Shown: piece after piece, positions 1-7,036 of the stretch
Layout: every line of letters begins with the position of its first letter
Numbering within the stretch: position 1 is the first letter of the stretch
Source: Selaginella moellendorffii
Taxonomy: Eukaryota; Plantae; Lycopodiophyta
Reading direction: 5' to 3'
DNA: 8,069 bases
Assembly (NCBI RefSeq): GCF_000143415.4
Contig: NW_003314650.1
Span: 1 to 8,069 of the forward strand
Program-made: the position numbers and the translations under genes
The notes under the pieces: generated by a model
Database searches by the model: none
Told to the model about the DNA's origin: nothing
Seen by the model: the letters and a program-made list of their open reading frames with translations, nothing else

Positions 1-24
1 GGACCCGAAGGCGCGCCGAAGGTG

Positions 25-416
25 AGCTAATTAGCATGGGTTAGCTAGGTCGACCAGGCGTAGGGAGCTACGCCCGACTCCCTGCGGGGATGTCGAATCC
101 GTAGACGTATTCTACGGAGGTTGGGTTTGAGTCCCAACCCCCTAGTAAAGCAAGGCTGGGTTCAAGTCCCGACCCCATACTAGGGCGTGGTGAGGGGTGG
201 AGTATAGGGACACCTATATTCCGTTGTCATGAGCTCTTGGCCGGGGAGGCTAACTTAGGCACACCGCTAAGTGGGGGGATGCCCCCGGAGACATGGTCAA
301 CAAGTCGTAGGATAAAAAAGAGACGTTCGATGTGGGCATCGAACTTCTTCTATGGGTGGTGGAGTTGTAAGGAACCAACTCGCCGAGGTGTCGTAGGCTA
401 AGGGAACCCCGAAAGC
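25..416 (+). other. Array of abutting stem-loops (putative structured RNA domain) in the 3' internal region
   Basis: Stems include GGCGTAG/CTACGCC 57-74, TCCGTAGA/TCTACGGA 98-118, GGTTGGG/CCCAACC 119-139, CCCTAGTA/TACTAGGG 140-185, GGAGTATAGG/CCTATATTCC 199-222, ACTTAG/CTAAGT 253-272, GTTCGATG/CATCGAAC 325-344 and GAGTTG/CAACTC 362-381. Confidence 0.7.
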
Positions 417-447
417 ATGACCAAAATGACAAAGAGTTCATCGGATG

Positions 448-728
448 GGACCAAGTCAAAGATCGAGTCCAAGACCGACTCTAGGACCGAGTTCGAGATA
501 GAGTCCGGAATCGAGTCCAAGACCGACTCGGGGACCGAGTTCGAGTCCGAGTTCGAGACCGAGTTCGAGACGGAGTCCGAGATCCGAAATCGGGTCCGAG
601 ACCGAGTCCGAAGTCGAGTCCGAGGTCGGGCCCGAGATCGGGTCCGAGATCGAGTCCGCGATCGAGTCCGAGACCGAATCCGAAGTCGGATCCGAAATCG
701 GATCCGAGATCGAGCCAGAGACTAAGTC
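448..728 (+). repeat. Degenerate hexamer tandem repeat (GAGTCC/GAGACC/GAGATC/GAGTTC), CpG-rich
   Basis: 6-bp periodicity is directly visible. A higher-order 48-bp duplication of ATCGAGTCCAAGACCGACTC starts at 462 and 510. Confidence 0.95.
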
Positions 729-777
729 CAAATACTAATACGGGTCAAGGGGTGAAAGCCCAAAGCGTGCGTCCCCC

Positions 778-789
778 AGGGGGGGGGGG
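778..789 (+). promoter_or_regulatory. Polypurine tract (A+G11), plus-strand priming site
   Basis: AGGGGGGGGGGG-C-TGCAGG: a purine run immediately 5' of the LTR TG. Confidence 0.8.
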
Positions 790-790
790 C

Positions 791-1513
791 TGCAGGGGGT
801 TCCAAAAGTATAGTAGGGATAGTGAGGTCCAGGAACCAGTTTAGAAGGGACTCTCCAGTGGGGCTCCCAAACTGACTTGAGGTTGGGACTGGGACCGAGG
901 GGCCTTGGGTGGGAGTGAGCATGGACTTGGTTGGTGCCGGAGGGGCCATCCAAGGAAGTGCTCAAGAGCAGCTCCCACTCCCGAAAGGGAAACCGATTGC
1001 GGTGCTCCCGGCTCATGTGGAGTGGTGCCCCACTTGAGTACCATGCGGCTCATTGGTCCTCGCCCTTCCTAGGGGCTTGGGCCTTCCTTCGGGATGGAAG
1101 TGGGGGGCGAGAGGTACCCATGCCGGGCCGTTAGGCCACGGTGTTTCGCCCCGGCGTCCCGAAGCAAGTGTTGCACTCAAGACTTGGGATTTAGAGGGTC
1201 CCATGATCAAGTCTTGTGGTACCAAGGGATGTTAGGAACCTGGAAGCTTGGTGTGCTTGGCTGCTTGTGCTTGCGGGGAGTGTAGCCGAACCTTAAGTCC
1301 AGTCTAACCCGGGGAGGGGGATTGGGAGTGATTTGGGAATCCGTGGAAGGATGGCTAACGCTCCATTGCTCGTGCAGTGAGTAGCTGAAACCAAGTAGGA
1401 GCTGGTACCATAGGCGAGAACCTTGGCAAGGGAACTTAGCAAAAGCCAAGGCAATGTTGGACGGATAGACGAGGTAAGCTAGCAAATTGGAAAGGAAAAA
1501 TTTGTGGCTTACA
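791..1513 (+). repeat. LTR family A, young copy 1 (723 bp, TG...CA)
   Basis: TG start 1 nt after the PPT and CA end. Homology with the copies at 5659 and 7037 stops exactly at ...GTGGCTTACA. Confidence 0.88.
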
Positions 1514-1779
1514 GGACTCTTGAACAGAGAAGCGACGACTATCAAAGGCCACTAGTTCCTCTCCTTGGCGAAGAACTGCTCCAATTCCTGCATTAGTCTC
1601 AACAGTGAAAGGTTGCGAGAAATCAGGAAGCGAAAGTGACGGTGCACCCAAAAGTCATTGCTTCAACAACTCAAATGATTCTTGGGCTGCATTTGACCAT
1701 TGAAAAGTAGAAGAGTGCAAAATATTGCTGAACGGAGCCGCAATAGAGGCAAAGTGTTCTATAAAGCGATGTAAATAGT
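1514..1779 (-). pseudogene. pol: RT connection and N-terminal part of RNase H, truncated by insertion
   Basis: RFIEHFASIAAP..FQWSNAAQESFELLKQ*LLGAPSLSLPDFSQPFTVETNAGIGAVLRQ..VAFDSR. The catalytic TDAS reads TNA with a short deletion. It ends abruptly at the LTR terminus. Confidence 0.92.
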
Positions 1780-2600
1780 TTGCAAAGCCATAAAAGCTCG
1801 TAGCTGCTTCAAAGATTTTGGAAGTGGCCAATTTGCAACAACTTGCAATTTTGATGGATCAGCCCATACCTTGCCATGTCCTACACAAAATCCAAGGTAC
1901 TGAATGGTCTTCAGTCCAAAAGAACACTTGGATAACTTTGCAACCAAAGCATTGTTCTCCAAAATGGATAAAATCACTTCCAAGTGATGCAAGTGTTCTG
2001 TCCAGTCCCGACTATAGATTAGTATGTCATCGAAAAAAACTATAACAAACTAGAAGAGATACTTAGCCAAGAGCTTGTTCATGAGACTTTGAAATGTAGC
2101 AGGCGCATTAGTAAGGCCAAAAGGCATTACTCTGAATTGAAACAATCCTCAGTGAGTCCTAAATGCTGTTTTGGCCTTGTCCTCATCTTGCATGGCAATC
2201 TGATAGTAACCAGAACGAAGGTCAATCTTGGAAAAGAACTTGGCGCTGCCAAGCTCATCTAGAAGCTCATCTACCCTGGGAATGGGGGACTTGTTCTTGA
2301 CGGTTATCCTATTAAGGGCCCTGTAATCCACCACCAATCTCCATGAACCATCCTTCTTAAAGACAAGAAGCACAGGAGATGCAAATGGACTATTGCTTTC
2401 CTCCACCAACCCTTCCTCTTGTAATTCCTCCACCATGGTATCAATGATGGCTCGTTCCTCCCTACTTAGACGAATTATCAGAGAGTTAACTGCGATGGAG
2501 TGTGGTTCTAACTCTATCTGATGTGTGATCTCGGTGACTTCACTGGAACGATTATTAATCTTCTGGGTAAAAACACAAGCATGTTGGATCACCACTGCCT
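1780..2600 (-). pseudogene. pol: Reverse transcriptase domain of pol, disrupted
   Basis: [72 protein letters not shown] (FFDD 2026-2037)..SKCSF..YLG..WPLPKSLKQLRAF. Stops at 2149 and 2050; frameshift near 1789. Confidence 0.96.
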
Positions 2601-2731
2601 TGATATCTGCATGCATGGATGAAGTCTTTATGTCTGTCACTGCCTCCTGATGAAAATGCTTCCCCCTTCCCACAAAGACTGGAATCGAGTTGCCTGTCAC
2701 TAGCAACCAAATTCATTGCACTACCACTTTC

Positions 2732-2933
2732 TTTGCTGCTTTCTTCAAGTGCAGTCTTGAGCTTATTCAAGTCCTCGCTGCTTTCTTCACAGTGTTGTCC
2801 CACTTTCTTCACACCCGGACTTGAAGCTTGAGCTAGAAACTTGCTGCTTTCTTCACAGTGTTGTCCTGCTTTCTTCACACCCATCTCTAGCTGCCCTCCT
2901 GGACTCTTGCTGCTTTCTTCACAGTGTTGTCCT
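2732..2933 (-). repeat. In-frame 66-bp tandem repeat in the PR-RT linker
   Basis: GCTGCTTTCTTCACAGTGTTGTCC at 2777, 2843 and 2909, with a partial copy at 2735. Encodes GQHCEESS three times plus EESSK. Confidence 0.92.
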
Positions 2934-3139
2934 TCCAGCTTCCAGAAGATGCAACTCAGCTGTCTTTTTTTCTTGAAGGTACAAAAGAGAGGAAAGTCGT
3001 TGGGCTCCTTCCAAAAAGCTCTCTATTGTCTCCAGCAACCATTTGTGTCTATGATAGATCAAGCACTCATTACCACCTCGTAAAAGTTTCTAGCACTGGG
3101 ACATAGTTACATGCTGAATCTGTTGCTTTGGTGGCACCC

Positions 3140-3499
3140 CAAACCATTCAACGTGTTGTCCCTCAAAGGTGAAGGCTAATCATTGAATAGCAAAGTTTAT
3201 GGTGATGTCACCAAAATGTTCAAGAGTCTGAACTCCCAAAACGAATGGCCCCCATGTCCATGACATAAAAGTGCTCCACCAGCGTGAAGTTGTTCACCAC
3301 CAAGTGACAAAATACCATTTGATTCACTCGGATAACTCCCCCATTGGCAATCTCCACATCCAATGGAATTGGAGCTGGTTTGGTTGTCAAACGAAGTTTG
3401 GTTAGTGAACGAGGGTTCACAAAGGAATGTGAAGCTCCCAAGTCTACCAACACAAATGCTTGACAACCTGAAACTGTTCTTGTTACCCGAATGCACTGT
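3140..3499 (-). pseudogene. Aspartic protease domain, inactivated
   Basis: VLVDLGASHSFV at about 3420-3453, where D-S-G has become D-L-G (probably TCG>TTG), then VEIANGG. After a frameshift near 3250 it continues VLGVQTLEHFGDITINF, with a stop at 3180. In frame with gag. Confidence 0.88.
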
Positions 3500-4998
3500 G
3501 GTCCTGTCTTCCCCAAAAAGGATGGTAGTGAAATGGTGGCTCCTAACGTGGCTTCTTCTCCTGGAACTTGAGATGACACCTCACCCTCCCAAACAAAAAT
3601 CTCTTGTTCTAAGTCCAAGTCCTCAAAAGCCACAGGAATGAGATCTCCATCGCTGTTTTGTTGGAACTGAATACTTGTCAACCTGCCCCTGTTTGCTCCT
3701 GGTTGCTGACCGGTTCGGGCCTGACAAACCTGTCTATGTCCCCGTTCCCATTTTGCTCCACAATCAAAACACTTGCCCAACTTCATGTCTTCCAATCGTT
3801 TAAGCCGCTCTTGTGGGGGAAGCCATGTGGATGAAAATGGCTGTTTCCCTACAGTTGATGAAAATCCATTGCTTAATGGCTTGCTGATTTCAGCCATGCT
3901 CCGAGGTTGCAAATGAGGCCAATCAGAACGTGGTTTACTTGTTGACTCCCACTCTTTGTATTTGAGATCTGCATTCAAAGCCAGTTGCATGGCTTGACAT
4001 ATGGATGTAGGGGATATTTGAGCTACATCAGCTCCCATTGATGTGGGTAAAGCAGCTACATAGTGTTGAACCAGGGCTGATTCAGGAATATCATCCATGC
4101 CAAACTTTGCTTCTAGCCATTCCCGGTTAAAAGCTTGTAAAGTCTGTGTTCGTGGGTGGTACCATAGATCACAAAGTTTGTTGAACGGAAGGTCCTGAAC
4201 CGAGGAGAGCAGAAATTCCTCAGTAAGCATGGTCTTGAATGTTTCCCAATCCGGAAACACTCTAGCCCGCTCCAGGCTGCTATACCACTTATAAGCCAAA
4301 TCTATGAAATAATTGGCCACCAAGGGTACCTTCTCCACCTCCCAAGGTTCACGCATCACAAAGTTTCTCTCATGGCAATGAATCCACTCCAACAGCTTCT
4401 GTCAATCATTCTTGCCTCCATAAGTTGGCAACTGAAATTTGTCCTTATCCCATTTCACCGCTGATGAAGAGAACAGCATTCTCCCCAACAATCCATGACT
4501 CCTGGAAGAGAAGGATGATTGTAAGATTGGACTCACCACCCTTGGATCTTCCATCTTCATCTTCTCCCGTAATTCCTCATACCATGGCCTCACATGATGC
4601 TCTGGAAGGAGGTGAGTTCTCTCTCCCCATCGCGGTGGTATCTCTTGCAGTTCCCCGCTTAGCCTCTTGGGCAAGGAAGTAACCCAGAGCTCCTCGAGCC
4701 GAGATTCCAAGGTCTGCTGCTTCTCCCCTAAAAGACGCATCGCTGCTATGCTCTCATCCTATCGATCCACTAATGACTGGACCAAAACTTGCATGTCCCA
4801 AATTGTAGCTGTGACCTGCTGCTGGTGAAGAAGATTCTGCTCAATCAGTGCTTGCATGGTTGATTCCAATTGCTGGATTATCAATCCTTGCTCTTCCCTT
4901 TCCCCTTCTTGGTCACACACCTGATCTGGATTGGAAACTTAGTCTAGCTCCTCATCTGTTAGTGTGGTGGCCTCAATCTACTTCTTTCTTGGCCTCAT
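3500..4998 (-). pseudogene. gag: gag pseudogene (retrotransposon Gag domain plus CCHC-like knuckle)
   Basis: One continuous frame runs from ATG 4998 (MRPRKK) through ORFs 4402..4740 and 3220..4392, with in-frame stops at 4978, 4939, 4759 and 4402. Motifs: FQLPTYGG..LEWI..ERNF, AYKWY..DWETFKTML..EF, and CFDCGAKWERGHRQVC (3724-3771). Confidence 0.9.
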
Positions 4999-5257
4999 GT
5001 TTACAAATTTTGCCAAGGATGCTGGAGAAGCCATTCGCAAAGAAACCCTATTTTGCCATAGCACCCATACGAGACATAACAAAGGGATAACTGACTCTAA
5101 GTCAGTCATGCTACCAATCTTTCCAATTAACTGGCTGAAAATGACATTTGCTAAGACTCCCGGAACCAAAATCCTTTTTAGGATCGCCTTTGTTAGCCCC
5201 ATCCTTCGCCATGATGCCAAACCCTTGCCTAGTACACCTAGTACGATCAGTAGTGAT

Positions 5258-5269
5258 GCTCCGATACCA
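5258..5269 (-). promoter_or_regulatory. Primer binding site 2 (tRNA-iMet)
   Basis: Minus strand reads CTCAACA-G-TGGTATCGGAGC. This is one difference from canonical TGGTATCAGAGC and lies 1 nt after a CA end and about 260 bp before the gag ATG. Confidence 0.85.
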
Positions 5270-5270
5270 C

Positions 5271-5598
5271 TGTTGAGATCTGCCCAGATCTCCTGGCAAG
5301 AATCACCAATATATTCCATGGAAGAGAAATACAAAGGAGGAAAGGAAAGAAATCGGAAGAGGAGAGAAGAGAAAATAGAACCCAAAAATATAACCTACCT
5401 TCTGTACTATGTTCTCCCTCCTTTTATGAGGAATTCTTGTCATACCGTGCTCACCAAGCTTAAACTGTCCAAGCCAAAACCATCCATGGAAGCGATGAGA
5501 ACGCTTTCTAATAGGAAGCTCCAGTTTTGGAGGAGGTTTTATCTTCGCCTTGGTTCGTTTACACCTTGCCTTGGTTTGTTTACACCTTACCTTTGTCA
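5271..5598 (-). repeat. Candidate short 5' LTR (family B) of the gag-pol element; 5' boundary uncertain
   Basis: The 3' end CAACA is fixed by the adjacent PBS. There is a CT-rich tract on the minus strand (5320-5380) and a TATA-like CATAAAAG near 5428. TGACA at 5598 is only one of several possible starts, and no second copy is in the window. Confidence 0.5.
5547..5588. repeat. 21-bp tandem duplication
   Basis: GCCTTGGTTCGTTTACACCTT / GCCTTGGTTTGTTTACACCTT, one mismatch. Confidence 0.95.
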
Positions 5599-5643
5599 TC
5601 TCTTAGCAATCTGCCTCTATCCTTCACTAGAATTGAGGAAAAA

Positions 5644-5655
5644 GCTCCGATACCA
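5644..5655 (-). promoter_or_regulatory. Primer binding site 1 (tRNA-iMet)
   Basis: Minus strand reads CTTACA-ATT-TGGTATCGGAGC directly after the end of LTR A. Confidence 0.9.
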
Positions 5656-5658
5656 AAT

Positions 5659-6381
5659 TGTAAGCCACAAATTTTTCCTTTTCAATTTATCAGCTTATCT
5701 CGTCTATCTGACCAACATTGCCTTGGTTTTAGCTAAGTTCCCTCACCAAGGTTCCTACTTATTATACCAACTTTTACGTGGTCCTACTTGATTTTAGCTA
5801 TTCACTACACAAGCAATGAAGCGTTAGCCATCCATCCACGGATACCCAAATCTCTCCCAATCCCCCTCCCCGGGTTAGATTGGACTTAAGGTTTTGCTAC
5901 ATTCCCTGCAAGCACAAGCAGTCAAGCACACCAAGTTTCCAAGTTCCTAACATCCTTTGGCACAACAAGACTTGATCATGGGACCCTTTAAATCCCACAC
6001 TTTGGGTGCAACACTTGCTGGAAGAAATACTATGGCTTAACGGCCTGGTATGGGTACCCCTACTCCCCCACTTCCATCCCAAAGGGAAGGCCTAATCCCC
6101 TAGGAAGGGCGAGAACCAATGAATCGCAAGGTACTTAAGTGGGGCACCACTTCATATGAACCAAGAGCACCATAGTTAGTTTCCCTTCCAAGAGTGGGAG
6201 CTACTCTTGAGCACTTCCTTAAGTGGCCTTTTCGGCACCACCTGAGTCCATGCTCACTCCCATCCAAGGCCCCTTAACCCCAGTTTCAACGTCAAGTTAG
6301 TTTGGAAGCACCACTAGAGAGTTCTTTCAAGACTGATTCGTAAACCTCATTACCCTTACTATACTTTTGGAACCCTCTGTA
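5659..6381 (-). repeat. LTR family A, old diverged copy (723 bp)
   Basis: Collinear with 791-1513 end to end. About 15 differences in the first ~100 bp by eye, mostly transitions. One ~10-bp insertion near 5770 and one ~10-bp deletion near 6020. The 5' TG has mutated to TA. Confidence 0.92.
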
Positions 6382-6382
6382 G

Positions 6383-6405
6383 CCCCCCACACCCCCCCCC
6401 CTCCT
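6383..6405 (-). promoter_or_regulatory. Polypurine tract upstream of the old LTR A
   Basis: Minus strand AGGAGGGGGGGGGGTGTGGGGGG-C-TACAG, at the same position as the PPT of the young copies. Confidence 0.75.
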
Positions 6406-6429
6406 AGATGAGAATATGCATGATGAAGC

Positions 6430-7036
6430 AATGTATACTTACCCAGATTCTTGAGTTACAGGGTGATACTGCTGGCTAAGATCTTGTAATAGCCTTCCTC
6501 AATATCTCTTTTCCGATCCCCACTAAATCCTTTTCTGTCCATGGCCGTGTTCGCCAACACTACTGCTGGATCAAGGCCCATAGGCTTGACCACTAAGTCC
6601 CACTGTCCTCTGAGACTTTCTCACCATGTGACTATGTCCTTGGTTACCACACTAGAGGGCTACTCCTCTTCCTTTCCACAGTCTGGGACATTGGGACAAC
6701 ATTTCGAAACACCATGGCCCTACACGGGCCTTATGGGTACTCTCCCCGCCTTCCGCCTTTGGGTGCTTTAACCATGGGCTTAGAGAGAGGTTCTGTTGAG
6801 CCACACTAAGTATCCAAGTAGGTAGTGCCACCCACACTTGCACTAGGAGCATCGACCATTCGATCTCCTGAGGGAACTAGAGCCGGCTCTTGAACACTTC
6901 ACCAAGCTACCCTGCTTGTCAGTCTGTATTCACTCTAGCCTTGGACTTCCCAGTGGTTATCCCATCACCCAACACCTGAGCACAGCCTTTTTGGGCCAAA
7001 CTAGCTCCACTGGAGTTCTGCCCCTTACTACTTTTA
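6430..7036 (-). repeat. Distant relative of LTR A (family C), same orientation, truncated by the insertion at 7037
   Basis: Collinear short matches to LTR A: TCCTTGGTTACCACA (~6637), CGAAACACCATGGCC (6706), ATGGGTAC, TGAGCC.CA, GGAGCA.CG, GCTCTTGA.CACTTC (~6886), GC.CCACTGGAG (~7004) and CCTTACTACTTTT (~7023). The left boundary is uncertain. Confidence 0.65.

Larger units (their letters stand above)
1..1513 (+). mobile_element. 3' end of a young LTR retroelement (family A): non-coding 3' internal region, PPT and 3' LTR; continues left of the window
   Basis: Poly-G tract 778-789 is followed by TGCAGG (791)...CTTACA (1513). Orientation comes from the homologous copy at 5659-6381, whose CTTACA end abuts a PBS. 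No PBS follows 1513; the adjacent sequence is interrupted RNase H of another element. Confidence 0.85.
1514..5643 (-). mobile_element. Degenerate Ty3/gypsy LTR retrotransposon, chromovirus-like (Reina-like), interrupted in RNase H; integrase not in window
   Basis: Domain order is gag-PR-RT-RH with an iMet PBS. RT motifs [40 protein letters not shown] and FFDD are present. Clade call is from motif recognition only, and the right boundary is approximate. Confidence 0.93.

Noticed and set aside
100-185. tRNA gene
   Set aside because: Only T-arm-like hairpins; no acceptor, D or anticodon arms in proper spacing.
448-728. CRISPR array
   Set aside because: Continuous degenerate 6-mers with no unique spacers, no cas genes, and a eukaryotic context.
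417-731. ORFs 417..725 (+) and 456..731 (-) resembling SR-like or low-complexity proteins
   Set aside because: By-products of a stop-free hexamer repeat; no independent coding evidence.
1-1513. Hammerhead ribozyme / retrozyme
   Set aside because: No CTGANGA core seen in the LTR or hairpin region. The CTGATGA matches near 2647 and 4461 are antisense within pol and gag.
722-1545. Short ORFs in the LTR copies (also 5527-6082 and 7065-7828)
   Set aside because: Overlapping in many frames in GC-rich LTR DNA, some spanning Ns, with no recognisable domains.
4999-5385. Hydrophobic in-frame N-terminal extension of gag (env-like or membrane ORF)
   Set aside because: It begins inside the candidate LTR and crosses the PBS, so it is more simply leader sequence. 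ATG 4998 is the more plausible gag start, though a shorter extension cannot be excluded.
4964-5791. 275-aa plus-strand ORF
   Set aside because: GTG start, antisense to the element, runs across two PBSs and into an LTR, and has no recognisable domain.
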